Shown here in pieces: positions 41,801 to 55,899 of a DNA stretch of 64,000 bases. Source of the stretch: Raillietiella orientalis (Eukaryota); the NCBI GenBank assembly GCA_036172245.1, contig JAYWIR010000001.1:11594001-11658000 (forward strand), read 5' to 3'. The notes under the pieces were generated by a model. It saw nothing but the letters and a program-made list of their open reading frames with translations. It was not told the DNA's origin and ran no database searches. The first letter of the stretch is position 1. The number at the start of each line of letters is the position of its first letter. Made by a program: the position numbers and the translations under genes.

Positions 41801-44800
41801 GGTCCAACGGAACAACTTCCAATCCATCCTTCTCGCTCGACTCTCTTGCCTGACCGAGCATCAGTTGCATTCCCTACTGCTCGGTCAGTCAAGTGGGGTC
41901 CCCCGTCATCAGCCAAAGGAGCCCTGTGCGTTTCCACACCCCGGACCAGATGTTCAGTGAGATCGCCGTAGGACACAGTCATCGAATTAGGCATCTCCTG
42001 TTGAGAGACGTCGGTCCTAGCCATTCCTTAGATGGTTTCGCACAAATTCCTGGAGTTGGGCCATTCCCTCCTCGTTCTTTCTTCCTCTTTCCCTCGGAAA
42101 CCTCCCGTCTGTGCCAGCAAACTCTCGAAAGGTTTCCGGGCGCGAAACCTACCCTGCTCCTGGAATGCAAAGGGGATCGCCTCTTCTGCACTGGACCGAG
42201 ATGACTGGCGTCACTCTGTGGACGCCAGAGGAGCCGTTCGTTGTCTCACACTCAATTCTCTGCGGCGAAACGAAAACGAGGATCCGCATGGGAATCCTCT
42301 GCTGGCAAAGGGAAGCAGGGCTCTCGAGCCCGCTTCATTGCCCGCCAGAATGCGGTGCTTCGGGGACGACTCAGTCCCGAAAAAAGACCGTTCCCCTCTT
42401 TGCGTTTCCAGTAAAGGCTCCCGGTGGTGGTGGTGGTGGTGGGGGGATATGGAAGAAAGTGGCGGTGCAGACCACGGAACACTGCGGGCTTCCTGCCGAA
42501 CGACAGCGGTCGAATCGGGAAAGCGGGCCGACCGCCTCTCCCGTGCCAATCGGAGATGAGCTTCGCTCTCCGGGCAGGCTGTTTCCCGCCTGGACGCTTC
42601 TAAGCGATGCCCCGTGAGCGGGGGTGGCTTCGGTCTCTTTCCCGGTCCGAGCCCGCAATCACGATCCGCGGCCATCTTGCGCTCCGTCCGGGGAAGCGCG
42701 CGAGCACAGCGTGGGAAAACGCAGCCCTCGCCGAAAGGTGGGAGGCGGAAAGAAGGCACGCGGCGGTGTCCTTTCAAGTCGCCTCCTCGGGCGCAAAAGG
42801 ATGGCTCGCTCGGGAAATTCCTGGCGTCCGAAGGGGAAGCGTTTAGGATGTGCGTCCGGAAGACGTGCGGTTCTTTTCCGGCGGCCTCCAGCATGACGGC
42901 GACGCGTGCGCCGCTTTCACTCTCTCGCGCTGGCTCTCCGCCGTCGAGTGCGTGCAGGGGGCGCCCGGATGACCCGGAGCCAGTTTCCTCCCGCCCGCCA
43001 TCGGGAGCAAGCGCCGTCAAACGCTGCTCGCGAGGAACACCGGGGCCTCGGCGTACCGGAGGGGAAGATTCCAGAGCCATGACGAACCCTCATCCGAAGA
43101 CTCCAGACGGCACACGCGATGATGATGGCTCTCCTCACGAAAACGCGGGTTCTCCCGCTGGCGCGAAAGCCCTGCTTCCTCCGCCGGGATCTCCCGTTAA
43201 GGCTTACGTGAAATCCCGTGCGCCCGGAGGCTCAGCAACAGATCTGCACAACGATAAATTTCGTGCGGCACTCACACGCAGGACCGAAAACCCATATCCC
43301 TCTCGATCCGTTCCTCCGTTTCTGCTCTCGCGAAAGTCACCTCCTGACCTCGGCGTCTCTGCCGCACTAGCGCGCGACGTACGCCGCCTCCTTCACCATG
43401 ACAACGAAAAGGAAACAAATCTGCATTTATAAAGGCCAGACGGAACGTGCGCGTGCGCGCCCGCGTCCACAGCAGTGGCTTTATAAGCGCAGTCTTTCGG
43501 ATCGGCGGCAGTAAACAGAAAGCGGCGGCGCCGGCGGCGGTGGCGCGCGCGCTGCTGCTGCAGCGGAGTACGGCGAGCGCCTCGTCGTACGTAAACGTTC
43601 GGTGCGAATCCTCGCAAGACATTCGGTCAGTGCCTTCTGAGCTCGAGAGAAAGAAAACGACGCGTATCTGTAAAGCAGCGTCCTCCCCTCCCCACTCCCT
43701 CTTTTTCGTTTTGGTCAGCAGGTCTCTCTTTTTTGCTTTCTTCCCGTCTTTGTTCCGAGTTCGCGCTGCCGAGCGTTGAAGTCCACGAGGGGGGCAGGCG
43801 GGAGATCCATTCGCTGGTCCCCAGCAGGGGGATCCGGCTGCTCCGGGGTCAGCCAGGGAAATTTCCGGCGCTTTCGAGTGCGTGGCGAGAGGAAAAAAGA
43901 GCCTCTGGCGAGCGGAGGGCGCTGTTCGCTCCGTGTCCTCGCCACGAGGTGGCCAGTCTTCGGAGGCAGAGCTGCAACAACGGCGAGCAGCATGGTGTGT
44001 CCTGCGCATCTGTGGAGTCACCCCTACCGTTCCCGCTGATGCTGCGGGAGCACTTTTTTTGCGCGCCCGACACCCGTGTGCGGCGTTTGCGCGGCCGGCG
44101 AGGAAGAGTGTCAGCAGTTATGACTTCTGAGGTCGCCCCTAACTGCGTAGCATCCGATGCGGAGGCGCCTTAGGAGGCTGCGTCGGCGAAAGGCACGCCT
44201 TCCCGTCTAGGAAGCGTCTTTCCGCTCACTTCCCGGTACTGACCTGTCGGAACGCCTCGGAGGCTCGCCGAAGAGCGCTGGGCGCTGCCTGCTGCTTCCG
44301 AAAGCGTTTGGCGCGCGCGAGGGTCGCCTGCAGGAGCGACGCCTTGGGTTGAGGGGAGGAGGAGGTGACACGCTTTACCCCCAGTTGAGCGCGTGCCCTC
44401 GTGGCACATTCGTTTTCGCCCTCACGTGAGTCCAACCCCGCGCCGGTCACTCACTCGCTCCGCAGGGTTTTTCGGTCGCGGCGGAACTCCCGAGCTGCGC
44501 GAACGTCGGCTCTCCCCCTACGAACCGGAGGCTGCCCAGCGTCTCAGCGCGCGGAAAAGCATCGTCTCTGGGCGTTTTCTTGGCGATAGCGAGGTCACTC
44601 GGGTTGAAGCGCCTTGGGGATTGCGACCCCAGGACGCTTAGGGAGAAAGCTCGGGTCCAGGAAAGATTCCGGGAGAGATTTCTCTTCTTGCGGACGACTC
44701 TGTCTTCTTGGTGTCCCACGACAGCTTTGCCCTTGGGACCCCTGATTCGCCCTCCTCCTCCTATCCCGCCCTTCCTACTTGCCTTCCTTCCTTCGTCCTC

Positions 44801-47800
44801 CCTCCCTATTCCACCTCCTCCTCCTGCTCTCTTGTCGTGTCGATGTTTCTGTCCCTTCCCAGACGTACAGCTCCCGTTCGTTCCCGCTTCAGACCTCCCG
44901 GAAGGAAGAGGAGGGGGCAGAGCAGAGAGGCGGGATGCGGAAGTGGAAGAGGGATGACAGCAGCACAGTTGCTGCCTTTCCCCTTCGCGGCTCGGACCTA
45001 GGTCGCAGCGGTGTTCCCTTCCCTCTCCTCCTACCATCTAGCACCGAGATTGTGCGTCTGGGGGAGTTCTGATTTCGTCCGCCAGGCTCCGTTTCCCGAG
45101 GAACGCGCTCGCTTCCTCGTGCTGCCCGCCTAGAGCAGGAAGGGGCACATCACGGGTCGACCGCGGGCATCCTCACGCCCTTGCGCGTGCGAGTGACATC
45201 CCTACGACCCCCGGCAGTCTGCGCGTCCCGGTCCCATAGCGCTCCCTTCGTTCGCCGCCTGCCCCGGCCGGTTCCGGGAACTCTGGAAGAGGGTTTACCT
45301 CCACTTTCTCAGGAAAGACGAAGCGTGGGAGATTGGGTGCAGGTGGAAGGAGGAATTTCCAGGAGTGGCGCGCGGGAGCTCCCGGCGGGAGGTCGTCAGC
45401 GTTCTTGGACGTGTTTCGGTTCGGGTCACGCGCGGTAGGGAAGGAAGGCAGGCAGCAAGGACGGAACGGGAAGAGGCGGGAAGGAGGGAAGAATTGCCGT
45501 CATTTCGAGGAGAGGAAGCGGCGGCACCCTCACCTCCTGGAGGGAGGGGAAGCGGACCCCACGCGTGGGGGCTCTGCTTCCTGTTTGCCTCACGGGAGCG
45601 GCGCGCGTCGCCTCCGGCTCGGGGCGTGCAGCCGAAAAGAGACTTCTGAGTTCCCTCCCTCCCCCCTTTCCCTTCGCTTCCCGGATGCGCCGCCGCTCGT
45701 CTTCCTCCTCCCTCCACCACGCCGTCGGGTTTCCAGGGGCCGGGTGAGCCTTCGCGAGCACTGCTGCCGCCCAGGTCGCGTCGTTGTCTAGGGAGATCTC
45801 GGGAGGAGTTTGGCAGAAACTCCGGGAAGGAGGCGGCGGACAGACAGCCGGAGGCGGAGCCCCGAGAGATGACGGGGCGGCGGACGCCCTGTGGGTTTCG
45901 CCCTCCGGTGGTCTCCACCCGGGTCACGCACGTCCAGCCCCGGACTCTGACGCCCCGCCTCTCTCTGCAAGCAGAAGCCGCCACCGCCGGAGCCGGACGT
46001 CCACGCCAGCGCTGCGGCGGAAGTGGCTCCTCTTGCCGATCGACCCACTACCAATGCTGCCTCCCCGCCCCGCCTCGCCGGAGCCTCCTTGCTCTTTGCG
46101 AAGGCGACGTGGGTTAGTCGGGACCCTCCATCGCCCCATGCAGGGGAGGGAGCCCCGCCTTTCCCTCGCCACTAGGAGGGTGGGTGCTGCTTGGCTCCCA
46201 GGGAGGGAGTCTCCCTTCCTGGCTGCGCCTGACCCCATCGCAATGGCTCCCCTCCCTCCTCCTCCTCTTCCTCTTCCTCTTCGCCACCACCACCACCATT
46301 CCTCCTCCTCTTCCTCACCATCGCGCTCCCTTTCCTCTTGTTTCGAGAATGCCGGTTCGCGCTCCTGGTGCCTCTCCCATGGGCTTCCTGGGAGTTTTTC
46401 CGGAAACGGGTCGTGCGCCCCCGCCTGTTCGACTCCGCCGAGAGAGGGAGGTTCGCTTCGCGGGCCGCCCACCCGGTCCGTGCGGCCTACTCTTCGGTTC
46501 TCCCGGTGGGAGGGTTCGGTTGGCGTGTCTCTCCACGGTTCGTTATCCTGGACCCATCCTGCGGGAGACCTCCACCTCCACCCTCCCTCTCCGTGACCCG
46601 GAACGCCCCGAGGGAGGAGGCGCGCGCCCCTTTCCCTCGGGTGCGCTGGCCCTTGATCGTGCTTCTGTTGCAGACCGGGAGGGTTCGCCGCGCGCCCTCT
46701 GCCCCTCGAGCGTCAGGGCTGCTGCGTCGCCGTGCAGCGCGCGCGGTTCGCGTCGTACAACGTCTTCTCCGAGGTCACGGCGCGCGAGCGGCGTACACGA
46801 GCTCTGTACGGTACAATATGGGCGGGAAGGCGCTTATCGATCCGCCATGGCGTCGCGTGCCCTGCGCGCCAAGTCACGTGGCCTCGCATTCGGGAGCGCG
46901 CGGGCAGCACGTGTGACGGACGCGCCTGGGTCCGGCAGCGGCTGCCCGTTCCCCCGCGCAGCGGTCACCCCTTCTTCCCCTGCTGCGCGCGCGCCTCTCC
47001 TCTCGTCAGAGGCGCCCTGCGGCGATGGTACTTGGGCACCCGTGAAGAGGACGAAAAGGCAAGCGCATTTCCCTCTCGCCCCCTCCGCCTGTTTTTTGTT
47101 TTTATTTCCCGCCTGTTTTTTTGTCAGGCCAAGTCGGTGTGAAGCGCTTGCGTAGTCGGCCTGCGCATGCGCGCACGCGAGTGTCTGCCCGCTCTCGGCC
47201 GAGCACCCCTAGCGCGCGCGCGGCGAGGGATCAGGACGGGAGAGAGGGAGTCTCCGGGGGGGAGAGGCGAGGAAGAGGGGCAGACCGGGCGACGGGGAGA
47301 TTCCCGGGTCCCGCGGAGGACTTCGGCTAAGGAAGCGACGGCGAGGGGAGGCCGCTGGCATCCTCGCGGCTTCCCAGGGGGCACCCTCTTCCGCGTGCCC
47401 CGGCGTTAATTCCGGCTCTTAATCTCGGGAATGCAAGGCATCCGGAGGAATTCAAAGGGGGGAGGACGGCTGTCTCGGGAGGAGGGGAGAGGGCGCACGA
47501 AGAGGTTCCCTCCGGGCGCGCGCGTGCGCACTTGAGGTCGCTCCGGAGGAGACAACTCATTCAGCGGCGGATAGGTGTGGCCCCGGGCCGCCCGCTCATT
47601 CGGAGGGATTTTCCTGACTCCTTTTGAAGCATCCGGCTGTTTCCGCTCGGTCCGCGGGAGAGTGGCCCTTTGTGCGCGCCCTCGGGGAGCGGCCGCAGCT
47701 GCGTCGCCGGGATGCGAAAGGCGCAGCAGGTAGGGAGGAGAAAGGGGAGCCCATCTTGGGTTCCACGGCAACGTCCGAGAGAAAGGGTGTTGTTCCTTCC

Positions 47801-50799
47801 AGGACCTCCCTTTCCCGTGCCCGCCGCCGAGGGAGAAAGGAGCAGCCGCGCCACCTTTTCCTTCCCTCCTCCTCCTCCTGCCCCTCCTTCGACCGGAAGA
47901 GGAACACGAAGGCATTCTTGTCGCGCCGTCACGAAACGAGGCAGACGACCCGTGGCGCGCGCTGGAAAGTCGGGAGGGGTCAGGCGGACATCTGCCCCGC
48001 GCGCTCCGCGAGCGCTGCTTCGGAGATGCGCCGAACCCATTCCTCGCCTCCCAACGGGGAGCAGGAAGAGGAGAGCGACTTCCCGGGGAAGGAAGGAGAT
48101 CGGTATGTGCGCGCGCGCGCGAGGGCGGTAGCCCTCAGTTGGGTTTCCGCTCTTTCGCAGAGTCAGCGCCATCTGTTGCCGATTCTCACCACCAGGTTCC
48201 GGCATTCGCGTCGCTGCGGAGCGCATGCAGAGGGCACGTTTTTTCTTTCGGTCTTCCCTTGGCTTACCGGTATTTTTTTCTCTCCGGAGAGGGAGAAAGA
48301 CCGGGCCGGAGTCTCCTGGTGGGAGGGAGCCGGAAATCGACGGCGCTCATCCGTGGAAGTTCCTCTTCTTCCTTCCTTGCGGTTTGCTACCTTCGGCCTC
48401 TCGCGCGACCCCCGTCCCCGGTCGTTGTCGTGGGGGAAGAAACCCGGCGGGTGTGGGAGAGCCTCCGGGATGGCGGACGGATGCCCGCGATCAGGGAGGG
48501 CAGGGAGGGCTTGCCGCTGGCGGTCGGAAATAGGAAGGTCAACGGCTGCTGCTAGCTGCGGCGGATTCTGCGCAGGCGCGACGGGGGAGGGAAGACTAAA
48601 GGAGGGGTCCAGGAGGACTTCCTGCTCGCGGGCGGAGGCCGGGAAGGAGCAGCAGGTAGTCGCGAGGGCGCGGTAGCGAGGGCCGCCACGATCCCGAGGC
48701 CTCTCCCGGCTCGCGCAAGATCTGGGCGCGCAAGGTCTTCCGATGGTGACGGGCCTTCTCAGTGCGGGAAGATTGGGAAGCTGGAAAGATCTCCGGAAGA
48801 GGGAGCGGTTCGATGAAGGGAGAAGGCGAATACGCTGGGTGCTGCTTCTTGGGGATCCCCCCCCTCCCCATGTCTCTCCGTCGCCCTGCAGCGGTGCCCT
48901 TGCAACAGAGGGCACCCTCTTCGGGGGTTGACGGAGTGGCAGTCTTCTCCTGTGCTGCCGTTTCGAACGAGGTTGGCAAGGACTCACAAGGGAGCGGGGG
49001 GAGTCGAAATAAGGCGGTGATGGAACAGCACGGCCTTTCAGAGGAACGGGTCGGAGTTGTCGGGTGAGGGGTATCAGGAGCGGCAGTCAGGTGATCCGGG
49101 AGTCGGGTCCCGTGACGGCACTCGGGGAGATGGCGGGAAGACGAAGGAACAGGGGGATCGTTGTTGTCCGGACGCCGCTTAAGAGGGAGGATGCACAGGG
49201 CGCCGAGGAGACTACCGCGGATGCTTCGGGGTCCCCTGTGGACCGAGGCCGTCCGGAGAGGAGCTGCCTCGGGAGTGGGCGACCTTCTCTCCGGACGCCT
49301 GTACTGGGATGTCCTCAGGAAAAGAGGAGCTCCCGAAGGAGGGTCCCAAGTTGCGGGCCACGGGATCAAGGAGCTCCTGGATATCCCTCTTCGGGCCGCC
49401 ATCTTTCCAGGGTCGAGGGCTTCCTCCACGGGTCCGGACCACGACGGACCCAGCCCGGGAAAAGAGCGGCATGCCGACAAAATACGCGGGGCGGTTGCCG
49501 GCGGGCCGATCACGTGACTGCGCGCACTTGCAGCGCCCCCTCCCGTCCGACCCTTCCCCTGTTCCATCTGGAGGTGCCAGGCCGATTCGCGCGAGGCACC
49601 GGAAGGGGAGAAAAGGGGAAGGGAGAGGAGGGAGGAGGAAGAGAGAGAGAGTTCATGCGTTCCGTGTAACGCGCGTCCTCCCACGGGATTCTCCAGGGGT
49701 CCCGGAAGACCGGTGGAGGTTCTTGGGCGCGCCGGATATCAACAGCGGGAGGCATCCGCGCTCCTCCCGTGCGCATGCTCGACCTCGCATGACCGGGAGA
49801 AAAGGGAGAGGGGTCGAGGCCGTCTCTCCCAGTTTTCCCGGGCAACGCCGGGTGGAGGCCGAAAGGAGTCAGCCGGGGTCAGACTCCCGCGGCTGCGCGG
49901 CCGAGAGTGAGATTTCTGGAAGGGAGGCGAGCGGCAGACGTCGCCCTCCGGTGCCGTCCGGAGAGCTCATCGGCGCCCGCCCTTGCAGTGATGTCCCCGG
50001 GATGGCTCTTTCCCCCTCTCCCCCACCCGGGCCCCCTCGGCATCCTTGTTGCGCGCGCGAAGGGGGTGGGGCCTCACCGACCGTTTCCCCTCGGGCAGCC
50101 CCGAACCCCTCCGGATCCTACGCTGCCGCCGTTCGCGCACCGCGGGGGTCGACAGCGGTGCACCCCGCGCCCATAAATCGCCGTCAGCGAGCGGGTCCAG
50201 ATGGATGGAGGAGAGCGCCGCGGCGCGGGCGCTCTGTCAGCAGCCCTCAAGAGAGGCTTCCCTTAATGAGGTCGGATGGAGCTCGGCCGGCGAGGACGCT
50301 CCCCCTCTCCCCCCCGCCGCTCCGACGGACGGGTCTATTTTTAGCGACGGCGCGTCCGCGAGCGTCATTTTTCACCCGGAGGCTGCGGATCTTTCGCCGG
50401 GCCCTCGAGGGAAGAAGGGCGCGGTGGGGGGAGCGGCGCGCGCACGGGTGGGCGGGCAGCAGGGGGGGAGTCGGACTCTCCCTCCCCGTCCCGCCCCCGT
50501 GGGACCCATTTGTCACGCGCTCCCTCCCCCGCGACCGCCAGCGGGCTGCCAGGACGCGACGGGCGTCGTCGTCCGGCGCCCCGCAGCCGCCGCCGGAACT
50601 CTCCCCCCCTTCCCCTCGCACCTACCAGTCCCGCCCCATTCTGGCTGCACGGAGGCGGGCAGAGTGCGCTTACGAAAGACCCCACGTCCGGCGATCCCGT
50701 CTCAGCTCGGCCTCATCGTCTCGGCGAAGAGGGCCTCATGGTTAGGGGGGGGGGGGAAGGACGGTCCCTTCCCCTTTTACTCTTTCCAGTGATGTCCAT

Positions 50800-52080
50800 C
50801 GACTCCCTGGCGATCGCTGCTCCACAAGGGGAACGCCCCTCTGCGGGCTCAGGTACTGGGACTGATTACGGACCACGGCCGGTACTCCAGAAGGCACTCT
50901 GCTGTTTTCGGGACTCTGGGGGATCGTAAAGAGGGTAGACGGTGGCTGGCGTTCCGCTTGGAGTGGTCCCGGAGGACGCATCCGCCGCTTCGTGGGTGAC
51001 GTCATTGTGGCGCTGCAAGCCCGGAAGGGATGGGCGAAAGGATGGGCCCTGGTCGTAGGAACGCGCCTCTCCGCCGTCCACGGGCACTGCGGTCGCGACG
51101 GAAACGCGCCTCTCCTGCCAGGGGATACCCTCCTCCGAGGAGCGGGATTCAACTCGAGAGAGGCGACCCCTTGTGGCCCGCGTTTCGAAAGGGGATGAAG
51201 AGAAAAGGGTGGCAGCAGCTCGACGGGAGTCTCCGCGTCACCGGGGCGCCCCTCCACTCCCGCGGTCCCCACGTTGGCTCGGTCCCGCAAAGTCCTCCTC
51301 AGGGATGCGGCGATCGCGGTCGCTGCACCTGTAAAGGAACCCTCGGGAGCGCTGGACGAGCGCGGGACGACCCGCCGCCGCTGCCCAGGGAAACCTCTGC
51401 GCTCAGTTTCCTAGCCAACGCCGGGAGTCCTTCTGCTGCTCCCATCTCCCTCTTCTCCAGGATGGGCCCACTCCTAGCGCCACAGTCGCGAATCCCTGGG
51501 AGCGATGCAGGCCGACGGTGACCTCCGGGAGCTGCGTCCGTGCCATCTTTCTGCCTCGCGCTCATCCTGAGAGGGCAGACCCATGCCTGCTCGTGGGCCC
51601 CTCTGTTGCGTGCAGCGTCCGGCAGCGCATCGAAAGGAAGCCTCGAGGGGGAGGAAGGGAGGAAGGGGAGGAAGAAGGGAGGAAAGGGAGCAGAGGCATG
51701 AGTTCCTCCATGTGCTTCGTAGCCTGGGAGACGGCTGGTACAATGTACTGATGTCTCGTGTACTGATGACAAAAAAGATCGGTGACAAACTCCATTTTCC
51801 CGCAGGGCACCATGCAGCAGCTCGTGTGGGGCGGTCCCGGAGGTATTTCCAAAGGTGACCTTTCGGGGGATCGGAAATCGAACCAAGCAATCGAACATTT
51901 GCTGTTTCTAATGGAACTGCCAGAAACAAAGGGTCGAAGTCACGGAGGAGAGGGGTCACGTGAATCCCGAGGTACGCCCTACTCGTTGCGTGCCCTGCCA
52001 ACCACTAAGTGGGTCCTGGGGTGTTTCTTTTCAGAAAAAAGCACCGTCGGCATCCATCATTTACCCCTATTTTTTGGGAA
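50800..52080 (-). mobile_element. Decayed LINE 5' portion (ORF1-like followed by APE-like remnants)
   Basis: Minus strand VTFGNTSGTAPHELLHGALRENGV (ORF1-like, ~51800), followed by GPQGVASL and VYPLYDPPESRKQQSAFW (APE-like, ~51180-50880), in the expected order. Confidence 0.3.
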
Positions 52081-52692
52081 TATGTCTTCCTAGATTCGTG
52101 ACCTCTCGCAGGTTTCCAGCTCCGCATCAGCGGGTTGGCAGCGGCCGACCCCACCGGCTGCCGAAGTGAAGGTCGTCGGACGTTCCCGGTGCCGTGTCTG
52201 CAAGTCTGCAGGTTCTTTTCCGATCGCCATTGGCTGGTCCGAGGGTTCTGTGTCCATGGAGACTTGGGCGGGGCTCGTCGCACCGATCCTTGGCCGCAGG
52301 ACCCGCTGCTGATAAGGTCTCGTAGCGGATCCCGCGGCCTCGGAGCGTTCCTTCATCAATGCCTCCGGGAGCGCCGCGCACGCGCGTCAGGCAGCGGGCC
52401 GAAAGGATCGAGCGGGACGGAAGCGGGCGCGACGCTGTGCCGGAAATGCGGCGGCTTCGCAAGCCTGCAGGGATCCGGCGGCAACTTTGGCGTGACTCCT
52501 CCCCTCCCCAAGATGGAAGGTGCGGGGGTGGTGGGCATTCTCTCGGAGGCGGAGACGGTCGGTCGGGTGGGGGCGAGCTAGAAGACGCATGGTCCAACCC
52601 TGTTGGCCCGATAAACGCGCGCTGAGAGGCTCTTGCGCGCATGCGTGGCGCCGCTGATCCCTCGATGAGTTCCGTACTGTTGGCTTGGGGTT

Positions 52693-53425
52693 ACGGAAAT
52701 CCTTTGGGCCTCTTCCGTTTCCGCTGCTTTCCGTCCAGCTTCTTTTTGGGTTCGCCAAATGCTGAAGAAACCGTCCGCCACCTTACGGGCGACTCACGAA
52801 GCTCTTTCAACGCTGCCCACGCCACCCGAGGGTGCGTGTCACTCTACAAGTTGTAGGAGGCACCCCCTATGAATCCAGGAAGGCTCCGGACGAAGGAGTC
52901 CGTTCCTCTCGCGCTTGGGAGGGAACCCTCACCCTGGTTGTCTCCGGAGGGACTCCCCAGAGGGGGCCAATTCTCTCGTTTCTTCTCCGAAGGGAACCCC
53001 CGTAAGGGGGTCTCTCCTGGTTTCCTCCTGAGGAGAACCTCGAAGGGAGGCTTCCCGATTTCTCTGAAGGGAGCGGAGCGCTTCTGACACTCTGGAGAGG
53101 CGACTACCCGAGGGGGATATCAACGAGCCCCATGGGTGCGGCTCCATCCTCACAACAGACAGGGACCCTCAAAGAGAACCTGCGCTCCTTCGTTCCTGGA
53201 AGGACCCCGGAGGGTTCACTTCCAATCCCAGCCACTCCTCGGGGGCATCTGGCCTTTTTGCTTCCACCAGCGCCGCACCCAAAACCTACAGGCCAACCAG
53301 TGCCATCTTGAGGGAGGAAGTCGCACCCCATCTCTCAGAGTCGATTTTTTCCCGGGAGATGGCCGGGCCATATTCGCGGCCGGGACTCGGAGGCAGGCAG
53401 AGATGGGTCGCGTCCGACAGCCCCG
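52693..53425 (-). mobile_element. Long SINE-like element, copy A
   Basis: Collinear homology with copies B, C and D: acgg(a/g)aatcctttggg, aagctctt..caacg.tgcccacgccacc, ccgaaggg subrepeats, gccaaccag..catct; degenerate tRNA-like head at ~53350-53425. Confidence 0.75.
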
Positions 53426-54599
53426 TGAGGAGGGCAGTGACGCCTGAGCAAATCTGAGCGAACGAGCCAGTTTCTTCTGCCTGCGCGCGTCCCCTTCTCC
53501 CGGATACCCTTCAGGAAAGGCGACGCTCCTCCGAAAGATGGAAGTGGGGGGGGGGGGAGGAAGAGCAGGAAGAGGAACTTCATTTCGCAGGAACCTCAAA
53601 GAAGTGCGTCCTGCAGTCGAACGGTCCCCAGCCGCCCCAGGAGGCGAACGCATCTCGTGTTCCCTCCCAACGTGCGTTGCAGGGCAGCCGCCACTGCGGA
53701 GGGCTGCTTCCTGGATAGATGTCAGAGGAGGAGGGTCAGCGGGAGACGCACGGGAGGGGGGACTCTAAGGGCGAGACCCACGCACTGGGAAGAGGGGACC
53801 CCGTTTGGTGTGGCACCGGGCTAATTGCGGGCGTGCCGGGGTCTCGCCGGCCTTAACGGAGTGGGGGAACGGCGGCGCGGGGAAGGGCGCCGCGCCTCGG
53901 CACCGAGGTGTGGACAAGAACCCCCGCGGGGGACCATTCCGCGAAGACGGGAACTTCTGGAATTACATAAATAATGAAATATCGACTGTCAGAGTGGCCG
54001 GTATGGAAAGAATGGAACGCGGCAGCAGTGGCCACGGAGTTCGTGCGGTTCCCTCGGCTGCCGACAATGGGAACGCCCAGCGCGGACGTCCGATCCACGG
54101 CAGCAACGGAAAGACAAAAAGAGGGAAAAAGGCTGCCAGCGTGCGCCTCGCCGAGCTGCTAGGCGCCCGGCGTTTTTGTTCGCCTCTCGCTGTCCATTCC
54201 TGCCAAATCCGATCCATTAATCACGGAGAGAGCGTCTCGGGATTGCTATTTAATTTTTTTTCCTCCTCGCCTTCTTTCCTCTTCCTTTTCTCCCCACCGT
54301 CTCTTGTAACGACCCTCGAGTGGAGAAACTGAAACGAAATCGCCCAGTCATTCTCGGCTCCGCTCGGAAGGAAAACGCCAAATCGAACCCAAATCTCTCG
54401 TTTCCCCCCTCCCCCCCCCATTCTTTTTCCCCCTCAACACTGGCTTTCGGCTGAGGAGATCCAGGAATTCAGACAACCCCCGAGTTGGCTTAAAGAGTTG
54501 AAAACAAAAAACAAAAGAAGGACAACAGGGCACGCAGTGATCCCATTTTTCAAATCTGTTGCGTTCTCCTCCGTCCGTGACATCTTGGCGGCGGTCGGA

Positions 54600-55582
54600 C
54601 TGCATCGCACCATCTCGTGGAGGAGCGGGTTACTTTCCGGGAACGAGATTCCTTCTCCTGAAGGCACGGAACCAGCCTCCAGCAGCCTGAACGCAGAGAT
54701 TCGGAAGGGATCGCCGTGAGTGGAGTGAAGAGGGATCTTGGATTTTGGATCGGCGCACCCGGAAGAATCAGGCGGCGCCTTGGAACCAACCGCCTTCTCT
54801 CGCCTCCTTCTCGACGCCTCCGGAGCTTTAAGAGACCATCCGCAGAAGCCGGTGCATCCAAACATGGTGCCTTCGATCCGAGTGGGTGGAGGGCGTGCCA
54901 TCCTCGCCATGCCAATCTTCTCTGCATCGTTCCAATTCTAGTACATGTACCGCCGAAGCACGCACTCAGGATGATGACCTCCTGATGTTTCGCCAGGGAG
55001 GCATCCCGAGCGGCACGAGGGCGAAGCACTGGTCAGGCGACAGCCAGGACGAGATCCGCGGGGCCTGTGGAGACAGAGAAAACTTAACTCCACGCACTAC
55101 CCGACGCTGCGCCACGACTGGGGCCAGGCTGGAGCAGGTGACCGGCCTGCAGACGGTGAAGAAGATTGAGATCCTGGCGGAGATGTTTGAAGGGAACGGC
55201 AACGTTCCCCGATACAACCCAACGGTCCGCACTGCCATCGCCCTCTTCGTCGCGAGCATAGTGATAAGCAGGACAAAAATGCGTACTTGGATGAACAACG
55301 CGCCGGCAGTGGACATCCTGACTAGATTATTGAAAAAGGAGATTGGGATCAGGAACTGTGGACGCATCCACGCTTTGACTTACCGTTACATCCTGAAAAG
55401 GATTGAGGAACTAGACCAAATGGGCTGAATCTCCACTGGAACCCGGGGAACCCATTCCCGAAGGATACCCCTGAACGTAACAAGCAAGGGACACTTAGTG
55501 ACACTTGAAAACGTCTGTGAAAGTGAAAGAGATTAACAGACTGTTGCTGTCGTGATATTGTAACTTGAAGTTGAAAAATAAA
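54600..55582 (+). mobile_element. 5'-truncated L1/Tx1-like LINE 3' end (decayed)
   Basis: Track ORF 54886..55428 has a degenerate Zn-finger (GACGDRE...RRC) and an L1-like helical C-terminus, then a short UTR with AATAAA near 55577. Confidence 0.45.
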
Positions 55583-55899
55583 TTTGCCCCACCTCGACTG
55601 GAGAAGACGAGTAGCAGAGGCAGACTAGAGCCCACTGATCAGTCGGAGGCGTTGTTCCAGCGGGGGCACAGCGGCAGGTCCGTGAGCTTTTCAGCATTGC
55701 GCCCGGACCACGAAAGCAGCGACGGTGGAAGGCAGGAGGGCAGGCACGTCTTCCGTCCCATCCTTCGGAGATGGAGATGCCGGCACGGACGCCATTTCGA
55801 GGACGTCCGGTCCGATCGGTGGGTGGCACGCGCGAAGGAGTTCGTGCGGTGGCTGTGACTCAGAGGTGACCTTCCGTTCCTCAGGTCCGAAATTGTGTC

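Noticed and set aside
49250-49480. LYWDVLRKRGAPE as an RT remnant
   Set aside because: No convincing flanking KAFD, QG or YADD motifs; too weak to call.
52900-53080. CRISPR-like array (semi-palindromic units at ~40-bp period)
   Set aside because: Units are degenerate tandem repeats without unique spacers, lie inside a dispersed element in eukaryotic DNA, and no cas genes are present.
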